NCBI GenBank assembly: GCA_964016885.1
Contig: OZ024761.1
Span: forward strand, 11,284,001-11,348,000
Source: Eledone cirrhosa
Taxonomy: Eukaryota
DNA: 64,000 nt
Direction of reading: 5' to 3'
The notes beneath the pieces are model-generated. The model was not told where the DNA came from. It worked only from the letters and a program-made list of their open reading frames with translations, and searched no databases. Made by a program: the position numbers and the translations under genes. Below, in pieces: positions 25,319 through 39,445 of the stretch. The first letter of the stretch is position 1. Every line of letters starts with the position of its first letter.

Positions 25319-26423
25319 TATATACATATATATATACATATATGTATATATATATATATGTGTGTGTGTGTATATATAGATATGTGTGTGTATATGTATA
25401 TGTATACATATATATGTGTATATACGTCCCACCCTTGCGAGAGGGGAAAAGCGGACGTATAATGATGATGATGATGATGATGATGGGGCTGGACAAAGTT
25501 GTATTAAAATGAAAATGAGGGGCGTGAGGGGAGAGAAAATGTGATAGATACAATGAACGGCTTAACGATGTTTGATTAACGATGTTTGGTTAACGATGTA
25601 GAAAAATGTACAGTAGAAGCCATCTGGTAATTACACAAGATATTATGGAGGTATATGTATGGTTAGCTACCCACCTGGCCACCCATCCAACTCAGTCATA
25701 GGTGGATAGGTGGCACTAGTACAAGAGGTTGGATTACCTCCCCCTTCCCTAGACTCAAGCCCTTCCAACTCTTCACCTACCAGCCCCTGGGGCATCCAAA
25801 GGCATTGGTCAATGCTTGGCTTTTCACATTCTGAGTTCAAATCCCTCCAAGGTCAAGTTTGCCTTTTATCTATTGAGTGGCGGTCGATAAATTAAAGTAC
25901 CAGTAATGTACTGGAGTCTATTTAATCGACTTACCTTCCTTCTAAGCTGCTGGCTCTTTTCCTGAATTAGAAACCATTATCGAGAGCGGTGCGTTGGTAG
26001 AATTGGTAGAGCATCCGGCAAAATACCTAGTGGTGTTTAGTTATGAAGTTTTACATTCTGAGTTCAAATCCCACTGAGGTTAACTTTGCCGTTCCTTCTC
26101 CTCGGGTGTCAGTAAAATAAAGTACCAGTAATGTACTGGTGTTGATTAAATGAACTGTATCCTTCCTCTCAACATTACTGACCTTGTGCACCTAAATTTG
26201 AAACAGTTCAAATCCTACCGAGGTCAACTATACCTTTGACCCTTCCCAGGGTGGGTGGGTCGATGAAATAAAATACCATTAAAGTATTAGGGTCAAATTT
26301 AATCAACTCTCCTCACCCCTCAAAAAAAAACAAATATTTGCTGGCGTTGTGCCTAAATTAAAAATCATCATTATTATTATTATTATCATTATTATTATTA
26401 TTGTTATTATTATTATTATTATT

Positions 26424-26600
26424 CTTTGAGCCTCAGTCATTGATGTTATTTAACTGGAAAGTTTGTTGAAATGAATATCAAGCTGCTACTTGCAGCCTCA
26501 GATATTCAGGATGTTTCGGAGGGTTGTTGCTGTTACCAGCAAGCATGCCTTTTGAAGTGTTTGAAAAAAAGGGCGATGGACTAATGTTCTTTAACCATTC
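26424..26600 (-). mobile_element. Short 3' fragment of the same R4/Dong-like family, within (TTA)n
   Basis: Aligns to 1968-2135 (cattgatgttatttaactggaaagtttgtt...gcagcctcagatattcagga...cagcaagcatgccttttgaagtgtt). Flanked on both sides by (TTA)n. Confidence 0.85.
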
Positions 26601-26618
26601 TGTTATTATTATTATCAA

Positions 26619-26669
<51 letters not shown>

Positions 26670-27409
26670 TATCACCAGTTTTCGTCTTGCCATTCATGTT
26701 TTCTGTAATCTATATCTTTCAAACTATTTCAATAATCCCTGGACATTGAAAAAAAAAAAAGGAATGTTTTTTTATGCCCACACAATATTTATCAAGGGTT
26801 AAAAAGCAAAAAAAAACACACCAGGAAGATTTAAGGCCCCGCAAAAAATTTTTTTTTTCTTTTTTTTTTTCTACAACAAATCTTTATATAGCTTTCAGGT
26901 TTGCACTAAAATTAAAATGAAAAGCAACAAAAAAAAAATTTAAAAAGAAAATAAATACCCCCCAAAAAGTTCTTTTTTTTTCTGCATTATAATAATAATA
27001 AAAAGAAGAAGCAATGCACCAGCATGGCCACATCCCATTGGCTGAAACAAGTAACAGAGTGAAATAAGAGATAATAATAATAAAAAACAACAAAAGCCCA
27101 CTGAAAAAGAAATAAAGAATATTTAAGAGAAGGGCCCCATCCAGATATAGAAAAGTCCCCACCCCCATCCAGATGCAGAAGACCTCCCTCCCCTCCAGAC
27201 ACACCCCTTCCAGACACAGAAGACCTCCCCTCCCCTTCATACCCACCTCTCCACACACAGAAGACCTCCCCTTCATACCCCCCCTCCAGACACAGAACCC
27301 CCTCCTGCCCTCACCCCTCAACCACTGAAAATTTAAAAACTACATCCATTTCTTTACACAATTTTATATATATTTTTTTTCAATTTTTAAATACTGCTGC
27401 AATGGTCCT

Positions 27410-27730
27410 GCTGACCTTATGACCTTATCTGACCTTATCCGACCTTCTGACCCTCTTAACTTCTGACCTTCTGACCTTATCTAATCTTCTGATCTTATCT
27501 GACCTTCTGACCCTCTTCTGACCTTATCTGACCTTCCGACCTTCTCAACTTATGACCTTCCGACCCTCTCAACCCATGACCTTATCTGACCTGCCGACGA
27601 CCCTCTCAACTTATCTGACCTTCTGACCTTATATGACCGTATCCGACTTTCTGACCCTCTCAACTTATGACCTTATCCGACCTCTTCTGACCTTCCAACC
27701 TTATGACCTTATCTGACCTTCTGACCTTTT
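27410..27730. repeat. Degenerate short-period repeat (CTGACCTT[AT])n
   Basis: Many imperfect copies of TGACCTT. Confidence 0.8.
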
Positions 27731-28142
27731 GAAATTTCTGATCATGTCAAATAATGTAGTAAATTTCATTTTACTGATATAAGTGTGTGTGAGCGGGTGT
27801 GTATGTAGGGGGGGGGGGGGGAGGAAGACATTTCTGATTTTTATATTTTTTTTTAGGTGGAGGTTGGTGGGGTGGGGTGGGGGCAGTCTCTCAGAAATTA
27901 TTGTTTTTTTTTATGTGTTGCTATTTTCATTTTCAATTTTAAAATTTGATTATCTAAAGACAAAAAAAAAAATTATCAAATTATATTTTTTCTGTTGTTT
28001 TATTTGAAATGGTGAAAAAAAAGGATTTTATAAAAAAAAATATAATATAAATAAATAAATTGATATATGCTGTTTCACCCCCTCCCCATACACTCACTGT
28101 TACCATGTCACATACATATATACTTTACATATATATATATAC

Positions 28143-28197
<55 letters not shown>

Positions 28198-28356
28198 CAT
28201 ATATACAGATATATTACATATATATTACATACATATATACTTTACATGTATATATATACCTTTATATATATATATATATATATATATACATACATATATA
28301 CAGATATATTACATATATATTACATACATATATACTTTACATGTATATATATATAC

Positions 28357-28391
<35 letters not shown>

Positions 28392-28475
28392 CATATATAC
28401 AGATATATTACATATATATTACATACATATATACTTTACATGTATATATGTATATATATATATACACATATATAT

Positions 28476-28518
<43 letters not shown>

Positions 28519-28548
28519 TATATATATATATTACATACATATATACTT

Positions 28549-28608
<60 letters not shown>

Positions 28609-28609
<1 letters not shown>

Positions 28610-29010
28610 CTATAAGAGTAAAGAACAAGGATTCAGTGTTGCATCACAACATATTTGATAACACATTACATATGTTTCACTATCAATCAGCTCGAAGAAA
28701 GACCTATTATAGATCGAACCTGACTCTGTAATGGAAAGATCGTCAGATATGTATTTCCTATGTGATCTCGTCTCTGATTCTATAGAATCGGAGACGATCT
28801 TTCCATTACAGAGTCAGGTTCGATCTATAATAGGTCTTTCTTCGAGGTGATTGATAGTGAAACATATGTAATGTGTTATCAAATATGTTGTGATGCAACA
28901 CTGAATCCTTGTTCTTTACTCTTATAGTACTATACTCTGTTCTGCACGAGCATTGAGTACTCAACCAGCATACCGCCTATGGATACAATTCATCTTGCAA
29001 CCATACAACT
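28609..29010. mobile_element. Fold-back element: 136-bp inverted arms (28609-28744 / 28793-28928) plus one-sided tail, in (TA)n
   Basis: The arms are reverse complements with one visible mismatch. They contain a hammerhead-like CTGATTGATAGTGAAACATATGTA. The tail reads TATACTCTG...TTGAGTACTC. Confidence 0.8.
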
Positions 29011-30131
29011 ATATATATATATATATAACATTCATATATACTTTGCAAACATATACATACGTATATATTTTACATACATACAGCAAACACTGGCTTGCTC
29101 TTGGTCACTTGACTATCTTTATAGGGGTCTCTCTGTTATAAAACAGGTTATGTCATTCACAATCAGGCTACACAATGTAAAAACAACCTTTATGTAAAAA
29201 AAAAAAAATCGCCATACTTTCTGTAAAACAGCATACATTAAAAGAAACTGCTTACTTAATGTAAAAAGAAACTAACTACTTTATATAAAAACAGGCTAAT
29301 TTATAAGGAGAAAACAGCCTATTTCCTGTAAAAACAACTGATTATATACTAACAGCTGGTTTGATATAAAAACAGACTACTTTATATTCAAACTGACTGT
29401 AAAAACAGCTTGTTTCATATAAAAACAGGCTACTTTATATAAAAACAGAATACTTTATATAAAAGCTGACTATGTAAAAACAACCATTTTATATAAAAAC
29501 AGGCTACTTTATAAAAAAACTGACTGTAAAAACAGCCTGTTTTATATAAAAACATTATCTAAAAATGCGCTGTTATATAAAAACAGCTTTACATGAAAAA
29601 GTCTAATTTCTGTAAAAACAGATTACTCTATGTAAAAACAGTAATATTTGTAGAGTAGTTACTATTCTGTAAAACAGCATAGACTGTGTTATGTAGAATA
29701 TATTAGAGTGTGTAATAGTACCCAGGGGACTACTAGTGGTAAAACAGTGACCATGGTGGGTAAAACTGACCATATTATGTATAAGAAAAACTGCCAAGAG
29801 TAGTGCACATAATGTTATATATATATGTGGATTGGCAGTATCGGTAGAGGGTCAGACACCATGCTTTCCAGCATAGTGACGTCCCTTTACGATCTGAGTT
29901 CAAATCCTGCTGAGGTTGACTTTGCCTTTCATCCTTACGGGGTCGATAAAATAAAGTACCAGTAAAGCACTGGGTAATTGCTGGCCTTGTGCCTAAAGTA
30001 GAAACAGTTATATATATACATATATATATGTGTGTGTGTATATATATATATACACACATACATATATGATTATTAATTTAGACCTAAGGTGTGTGTATAT
30101 ATATATATATACACATATATATGTGTGTGCG

Positions 30132-30163
<32 letters not shown>

Positions 30164-30173
30164 TGTGTTTATG

Positions 30174-30242
<69 letters not shown>

Positions 30243-30245
30243 ATA

Positions 30246-30283
<38 letters not shown>

Positions 30284-30318
30284 GAGCACCCAACATACAT
30301 ACATATATATAAATATAT

Positions 30319-30357
<39 letters not shown>

Positions 30358-31592
30358 CTTAGGAAGGGTATCCAGCCATAGAAAACCAGCCAGAGACAGT
30401 CCTATATGAGCAAGACTCGATCAACCGACCAATCTTGCTTTAAGTGGGATAAACCCGTCTGACCCATGCAACCGTGGAAGATGGACGTTAAACAAGGATA
30501 TATATATATAGAGATATATATTATTTAAACATTTTTCCTTATTTGCTTAGAACAAAATATCTTTGGTTATATTTTCTTCGTTTGTTTAATTATTTATCTA
30601 ACGAATCTCTGATGTATTTAAAAAAAATACAACAAACTAATTTTATTCACACAATGTCGGCTTCTTTATCTTTCTTTCTTCATTTTCATTTGTTTATTAT
30701 TATTTCTATGGAGTAAATCACCCCCACCCCTACCATCACCCACCGCCACCACCCCTGCCATTACCCACACTCGCTGTTACCCTCACCCCGCCTCTGTTAT
30801 CCTCATGCCCACTCCCTACCATCACCTCCCCCCACCCCGTTACCCTCATGGCCCACCATTTTGAGAACAAAATCTTAACATCAGTAAGAGCAGCCTGTTA
30901 CAGCTGGTTTGAATAGAAAGAGGTGAGAGAATTCTGGCCGGATATGGCCGGTTTAAAAGCAAAAAGTTTAAAGGAACTGAAAGTAAAATTGTGAATTGAC
31001 CCAAGTTGAAACCCACAGCCTGCTGAGCACAGGTCATTTATTTGACCAGTAAATTGCTGACTACACAAGATGAAATTATTAAGGCTGTAGATATAATTTA
31101 CCTGCTGACCACATAAGAACATATAGTTAATACTGTAGCTTTTTAATTGACCATTGCTGACCAAAGAAGAGGAGATAATTAAGGTCATAGCTATATAATT
31201 GACCAGTAGTGATGTCAGTGATACACTGACCACACAAGAGGAGATAATTTAGGTCAAAGATATATATAACTGACCATTGCTGACCACAGGACAATATTTT
31301 TGATATCAGTGGCTTGATGAGCACACCAGGGCAGATAATTAAGATCATAGATATATAATTTATCAGCAGGTAATCCTTTTGATAACCACTTGGCCAAAAC
31401 TGCTTCTGGTTCTATGAAACAAAACCACCAATTGTAAAGGGTTCTTATAGAAATTATAACCTTCGGACATAATTCTATCTAGGAACCATAATTTTAGTAC
31501 ATCTCTGAAAATTTTTAATTAATTGAAATAATGTCACAAAAGGTTTAAATTAAAATCTTCTAACATAATTTTATATAAGGACCTTACTTTAA

Positions 31593-31793
31593 CCCTTTAG
31601 CATTTACATTGCTCTATATTTACTATTGTATTTTCACAGTAAACACTTTATCTCACATAATATCGAATCTACAAGATTTTGATATTTTGGAAACTATACA
31701 TTAACAAAAGTATGAGTGGCCAGTTATGGCTGGTTTAAACAGGAAGAGGTGAGAGAATTTTGGCTGGATATGGCCAGTTTAAATACTAACGGG
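31593..31793. mobile_element. piggyBac-like MITE, second copy
   Basis: TTAA|CCCTTTAGCATTTA...TAAATACTAACGGG|TTAA; the internal sequence aligns with 39240-39445. Confidence 0.78.
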
Positions 31794-32899
31794 TTAAGTT
31801 ACTCTTTTAGAAATAAATTCTTCAAAATTCTTCATTAATTAATTGAAATACAGTGTTCCCATTTAAATTAAAACCTTCTAACAATATTTTATATAAGAAC
31901 CTTACATTAAGTTACGATTATAGTAATGAAATAATGAATAATTTAGTAAATCACTCAAAATTTCTCATTAATTAATTGAAATAGTGAGTATTTCATTAGA
32001 GACACTGTCCTGAAAGGTTTAAAGCCATAGATATATATAAATTGCCAGTGCTGATATCGGGAACATTTAGCTGCCCCTCCCCACTGACCACTAGAGCGGA
32101 TATATTAAACATGCCACAGAGATGACCGTTTTACTCACTTCTTTATCTTCTTCCTTTTTATTTAATTTTTTTTAATTATTTTTTTTTTGAGGCATCCAAA
32201 ACTTCTTTATCAAAATTTTAAAACCATGACGTAAATATATTTTGTAACGCACCAAAATATATTTTATATGTAACCTATATGTAATTTGTATGTAAAAATG
32301 AACAAAAAATAATATTTGAAAAAAAAAAAATTAAAATTCTGTATGGAAAAAAATAAATAAAATAAAATAAAATAAATTAAATTAAATTTAAAAAAAAACA
32401 AACAAAAAAACCTCCACAGCAAAGAAACATATAGAAGGAAGATTTAAGATAAAATAAAACAATTTTTTTTAAGTTGAAATAAATTTAAAAAAAATTCATG
32501 GTTTTTTTTTTCATCTAAAGACCATTTCTGAACAAGAAAAAAAAACCAAACCAAAAATACCCCCCAATTTTCTCTGTGTTACAATATTTATATTAATTTA
32601 TATTTTTTATTATGTATCTCCGTTAATGTTGAAATGTCTTAAATACCGAAAACAGAAAGAAAAAAAACTCTAAAAGAATTCAAAAACTATATATATTTTT
32701 CCCTTGTTTCAGAAAATACACCCCAAAAAAATGAAAAAAAAAAGGAAAAAAAAAGAAATTTAATTAATTTGAATGTAAGATTTTTTTTTTGTTCAAATTT
32801 ATGTGTTAAAGCTGAGATAATGAAATTAATTTATTTTAAAAACCTTTTCTTGAAAACGAAAAAAAAAAAAGAAATTAAAAACCAATTACATCATATTTA

Positions 32900-32962
<63 letters not shown>

Positions 32963-33057
32963 CTTATATATATACTTATATATATACTTATTTATATAAT
33001 ATATATATTATATAAAATATAAATACATTCATATATATACTTATTTATATATATACT

Positions 33058-33089
<32 letters not shown>

Positions 33090-33354
33090 ACATTTATATA
33101 TATAGATATATATATATATATACATTCATATATATATACATATATATATATACATTCATATATATATATACTTACTGTTACATTTGACCACAGAGTATAT
33201 AGTTGAAACTTTCTAACCTTATAGAACCCACTTAGAAATGACTTTTCATAATAAGTCATAGAAAACGTTAGTTGACATTCTTTTTCTGGATTTTTCCATT
33301 TCTACACCCCCGCCAACACACACACACACATGTAGTCAAGTTAACTTGCTAATC

Positions 33355-33400
33355 TGCTTTGCTGAAGAGATCTGATAAGACAGAAACATGTATGTTGCTT
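33355..33400 (+). ncRNA. Minimal hammerhead-like motif
   Basis: CUGAAGA-GA-UCU GAUA AGA-CA-GAAACAUGUA. Both core boxes are present with palindromic ACAUGU; stem I is weak. Confidence 0.45.
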
Positions 33401-33609
33401 TCACTAAGTTGGCTTTTAGAAAAGGTCCACTCTCATTGCATTGTCTTAAATTGTCCCAAAAGACTTGGACCAACTCAGGCTATATACATACACACATACT
33501 CATACATACATACAGACAGACACATGTACATACACAGACACATATATATATGCATACATACACACATACTTGCATACATACTTATATACATACATATGTA
33601 CATACATAT

Positions 33610-33650
<41 letters not shown>

Positions 33651-33730
33651 CATACATATACACACATATATATATATATATGTTTATAGATATATATATT
33701 TATATATATATATATTTATATATAGATACA

Positions 33731-34196
33731 TTTAATATAGAAAAGCTTCTACAGGACTAGAACTGTTTCATTCGTGAGAAATCATCAGGAAGCTGACTGT
33801 CCAAGCAATATGGTGGTATTTATATGTTTTGGTGGTAGGAGAGGGTGGTGATTGGGATGGGTGGAGGTCATTGGTTGAGGGGTTTAAAGAAAAGGGAATT
33901 CTTTAAAAGCTAATTCTTTAAAACTTTGTTACTCTAAATATAGATTTTAAAGAATTCCCTTTTCTTTAAACCCCTCAACCAATGACCTCCACCCATCCCA
34001 ATCACCACCCTCTCCTACCACCAAAACAGACATAAATACCACCATATTGCTTGGACAGTTAGCTTCCTGATGATTCCTCGCGAATGAAACAGTTCTAGTC
34101 CTGTAGAAGCTTTTCTATATTAAATATTTATACTCTGCTTTGTATTGAGTACCTTACTTACTGTGGTTACCCCCGATTGAACCCGGGATAAACTCA
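33731..34196. mobile_element. Fold-back element: ~178-bp inverted arms (33731-33908 / 33945-34124) plus one-sided tail, in (TA)n
   Basis: Near-perfect reverse complement with a hammerhead motif in each arm. The tail reads TATACTCTG...TTGAGTACC. Confidence 0.85.
34061..34111 (+). ncRNA. Hammerhead ribozyme motif (Penelope-type); mirror copy at 33744-33794 on -
   Basis: AGCUUC-CUGAUGA-UUC CUCGC GAA U-GAAAC-AGUUCUA-GUC-CUGUA-GAAGCU. Both core boxes and the GUC triplet are present; stem I is AGCUUC/GAAGCU with a bulge. Confidence 0.65.
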
Positions 34197-34464
34197 TATA
34201 TATACATACACACACATATACATATATACATATACATACATATATATTTATATATGTACATACATATATACAAACAAATATATATATACATATATATATT
34301 CACTGATGGAAGTATATTCTTTGTTTTCTATGTCACAATTCTAGTAATTGAAAACAAAAATGGAAGATGAGATATTTATTGAAAAATTTAAACAAAGTTT
34401 TTTGTTACATAAGAGTTGAGTTCTCATTGAAATATTAAATAAAATTAAAGAATAAAACCCTGTC

Positions 34465-35363
34465 TATGTTAATGTGTTCACCATCTATCTACATGTTAAT
34501 GCGTTCACCATCTAGCTATGGTATTCCACTATGTTAACTATATATCTACATGTTAATGTGTTCACCATCTAGCTATGGTATTCCACTATGTTAACTATAT
34601 ATACATGTTAATGTGTTCACCATCTAGCTATGGTATTCCACTATGTTAACTATATCTACATGTTAATGTGTTCACCATCTAGCTATGGTATTCCACTATG
34701 TTAACTATATATACATGTTAATATGTTCACCATCTAGCTATGGTATTCCACTATGTTAACTATATATACATGTTAATGTGTTCACCATCTAGCTATGGTA
34801 TTCCACTATGTTAACTATATATACATGTTAATGTGTTCACCATCTAGCTATGGTATTCCACTATGTTAACTATATATACATGTTAATGTGTTCACCATCT
34901 AGCTATGGTATTCCACTATGTTAACTATATATACATGTTAATGTGTTCACCATCTAGCTATGGTATTCCACTATGTTAACTATATATCTACATGTTAATG
35001 TGTTCACCATCTAGCTATGGTATTCCACTATGTTAACTATATATACATGTTAATGTGTTCACCATCTAGCTATGGTATTCCACTATGTTAACTATATATA
35101 CATGTTAATGTGTTCACCATCTAGCTATGGTATTCCACTATGTTAACTATATATACATGTTAATGTGTTCACCATCTAGCTATGGTATTCCACTATGTTA
35201 ACTATATATACATGTTAATGTGTTCACCATCTAGCTATGGTATTCCACTATGTTAACTATATATACATGTTAATGTGTTCACCATCTAGCTATGGTATTC
35301 CACTATGTTAACTATATATACATGTTAATGTGTTCACCATCTAGCTATGGTATTCCACTATGT

Positions 35364-35370
<7 letters not shown>
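34465..35370. repeat. 55-bp minisatellite
   Basis: CATGTTAATGTGTTCACCATCTAGCTATGGTATTCCACTATGTTAACTATATATA; period 55 (35011, 35066). Confidence 0.95.
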
Positions 35371-35409
<39 letters not shown>

Positions 35410-35551
35410 GTGTTCACCATCTAACTACAATATTCCAATGTTAACCATATCTATGTTAACCTCTAGCACGCTGAATGTTTTTATGAGTTGCTCTATGTAT
35501 TAAGGGGAGGTTACTCTAATGGTGACATAAGGCACCTAGAGCATGTTAAAG

Positions 35552-36830
35552 GTTAATGTGTTCATCATCTAGCTATATGTTAATGTGTTCACCATCTAGA
35601 TATGATATTTCAGTGTTAACTATATGTTAATGTGTTCACCATCTAGATATGATATTTCAATGTTAACTATATGTTAATATATCCACCATCTAGATATGAT
35701 ATTTCAATGTTAACTATATGTTAATGTGTTCACCATCTAGATATGATATTTCAATGTTAACTATATGTTAATATATCCACCATCTAGATATGATATTTCA
35801 ATGTTAACTATATGTTAATATATCCACCATCTAGATATGATATTTCAATGTTAACTATATGTTAATGTGTTCACCATCTAGATATGATATTTCAATGTTA
35901 ACTATATGTTAATGTGTTCACCATCTAGATATGATATTTCAATGTTAACTATATGTTAATATATCCACCATCTAGATATGATATTTCAATGTTAACTATA
36001 TGTTAATATATCCACCATCTAGATATGATATTTCAATGTTAACTATATGTTAATATGTTCACCATCTAGATATGATATTTCAATGTTAACTATATGTTAA
36101 TGTGTTCACCATCTAGATATGATATTTCAATGTTAACTATATGTTAATGTGTTCACCATCTAGATATGATATTTCAATGTTAACTATATGTTAATGTGTT
36201 CACCATCTAGATATGATATTTCAATGTTAACTATATGTTAATGTGTTCACCATCTAGATATGATATTTCAATGTTAACTATATGTTAATGTGTTCACCAT
36301 CTAGATATGATATTTCAATGTTAACTATATGTTAATGTGTTCACCATCTAGATATGATATTTCAATGTTAACTATATGTTAATGTGTTCACCATCTAGAT
36401 ATGATATTTCAATGTTAACTATATGTTAATGTGTTCACCATCTAGATATGATATTTCAATGTTAACTATATGTTAATATATCCACCATCTAGATATGATA
36501 TTTGTTAACTATATGTTAATGTGTTCACCATCTAGATATGATATTTCAATGTTAACTATATGTTAATGTGTTCACCATCTAGATATGATATTTCAATGTT
36601 AACTATATGTTAATATATCCACCATCTAGATATGATATTTCAATGTTAACTATATGTTAATGTGTTCACCATCTAGATATGATATTTCAATGTTAACTAT
36701 ATGTTAATGTGCTCACCATCTAGATATGATATTTCAATGTTAACTATATGTTAATATATCCACCATCTAGATATGATATTTCAATGTTAACTATATGTTA
36801 ATATATCCACCATCTAGATATGATATTTCA
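35552..36830. repeat. 47-bp minisatellite related to the adjacent 55-bp array
   Basis: GATATTTCAATGTTAACTATATGTTAAT(GTGTT/ATATC)CACCATCTAGATAT; shares the TGTTAATGTGTTCACCATCTAG core. Confidence 0.95.
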
Positions 36831-37149
36831 CTCTGTTTGAGTCCTTTTCAATTTTTTCTGAAAAATATGAGAATATTTTTACTTGTGATTTCTTTCCAGT
36901 TTTTGTTTTTCAATTTAGAGAATTTTCTGGTTTCTGTTAAAAAAAAATCAAACCATTCTTCTTTATTGTATTTGTTTGGTGTGACAAACACGGATACAAA
37001 TATACACACACACATATATATATATATAAACTCACACACACACATATATATATGTACAGAGACACACACACACACATATATATAAATACACACAAAGATA
37101 GAAATATGCACTCAAATATATGTATACATAGATATAGACATACATACAT

Positions 37150-37202
<53 letters not shown>

Positions 37203-37690
37203 CATATACACACACTATATATATATATACACACTACCAAAATTAGATTAAAGATGCCATGTCTAAAAATATCAGAATCCTGTGCCATTTCACCTGTGGA
37301 ATAAGCTCAAAGATTCCAAGTAATATATAGCAACTTAAAAGGTGGAGTTAGAGACTCATAATAGTCGCTTATGATCCAGGGAGCTGAAGGAAGCGAGACT
37401 GAGCTCTTTATATATCACAGCTATGAGAGAAGGGTACATAATAAATAGTCAGATAATAAGGGATAAAATACCACCTTGATAAAGTACATAAAAAATACGG
37501 ATGTAGTATATATGTATATACAAAAATATAGACACACACACAGATACATTTATATATATATATGTATATATACATTTATATATATATATGTATATGTATA
37601 TATACATATATATATATTGGGCAGTTAAGTATGAAATTTGTTTTATTTTCTACAAATTTCTACAAATTTCATACTTGACGACCCCATATA

Positions 37691-37743
<53 letters not shown>

Positions 37744-37752
37744 GTATATGTA

Positions 37753-37784
<32 letters not shown>

Positions 37785-37945
37785 CGTGTATATGTATATA
37801 TATATGTATATGTATATATATATGTACATGTATATATATGTATATAAATATGTATATATGTATATATATATGTATATATATATATATGTATATATATACA
37901 TATCATTATTTTACATCCGCTTTTCCCTGCTTGCAAAGGTGGGAC

Positions 37946-37946
<1 letters not shown>

Positions 37947-37976
<30 letters not shown>

Positions 37977-38374
37977 TGTATGTATGTATGTATGTATGTA
38001 TGTATGTATGTATGTATGTATGTATGTATGTATGTATGTATGTATGTATGTATGTATGTATGTATGTATGTATGTATGTATGTATGTATGTATGTATGTA
38101 TGTATGTATGTATGTATGTATGTATGTATGTATGTATGTATGTATGTATGTATGTATGTATGTATGTATGTATGTATGTATGTATGTATGTATGTATGTA
38201 TGTATGTATGTATGTATGTATGTATGTATGTATGTATGTATGTATGTATGTATGTATGTATGTATGTATGTATGTATGTATGTATGTATGTATGTATGTA
38301 TGTATGTATGTATGTATGTATGTATGTATGTATGTATGTATGTATGTATGTATGTATGTATGTATGTATGTATG
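37947..38374. repeat. Perfect (TATG)n microsatellite, ~107 copies
   Basis: Direct reading. Confidence 0.98.
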
Positions 38375-39239
38375 ACGAAGGACCGTGACAGGTGGAGAGA
38401 TGCTGTGCTGAATAGGACCCATCCAACCCTTGCAAGCAGGGAAAAGCGGACGTAAAATAATGATGATGATATAAAACACTAATGCAAGGTTCTGTTTTTA
38501 TTCTCTTTCCTAAGATTGTCGCTTGCACTCTCTCTCTCTCTCTCAATCTCTCTCTCTTTCTCTGTTCTCATTTCTCTTCCTCCCCTCTCATCTCTCTTCC
38601 TCCCCTCTCATCTCTCTCTCTCTCTGTTACAAAATTATTTTTTTGTTTTTCAACTTTTTTTTAAAAAGAAAACAACCAACAATTTTTTTACCTTTGTACA
38701 TAAAAAACAAATTTATGTATTGAAAATATTTGTTAAAACATCACAATTAACTGGTCCCTAGCTTTTTATTATGCAAAAAATATGGGGTGGGGGAATATTT
38801 AGGAATATTTACACGGCCATGTTGAACTAATGATGGCGCATGGCTTAGTGTTTAGAGCATTGGGCTTGCAATCGAAAGGTTGTGAGTTCAATTCTCGGAC
38901 CGGGTGATGTGATGTTTCCTTGAGCAAGACACTTTATTTCACATTGCTCCAGTTTACTCAGCTGTTGAAATGAGATGATAGGGACTGGGGTCCCTATCAT
39001 TAAAACACCCAAGAGACCTCCAATGAAGTACAATCTTGGAGGAGGCCAGCCAAACCTACAATGGTGTGAGCTGTAACAACAACATGTTGAACTAATGCTG
39101 CAACACAGGATACTAAACTATTTATTATTTTTATTAATGTTTCTTATGAACTGTTTCTCTTAATATTTGCTGTTTTCAATTCAGGTTTTAATCTTTAGCA
39201 CGCTGAATGTATGGATTGTTTCCCTTGACACTGCATTAA

Positions 39240-39445
39240 CCCTTTAGCAATTACATTAGTCTATATATACTATTGTATTTTCACAGTAAAGGCTTTATCT
39301 CACAATATCGAAGCTATGAGATTTTGATGTTATCTATTTTGAGAACAATACCTTAACATTGGTATGAATGGCTAGTTACAGCTGGTTTGAACAGAAAGAG
39401 GTGAGAGAATTCTGGCTGGATATGGCTGGTTTAAATGCTAAAGGG
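39240..39445. mobile_element. piggyBac-like MITE (TTAA target duplication, CCCTTTAGCA terminal inverted repeats)
   Basis: TTAA|CCCTTTAGCA...TGCTAAAGGG|TTAA. A second full copy lies at 31593-31793, with partial copies at ~20420-20557 and ~30858-30970. Confidence 0.82.
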
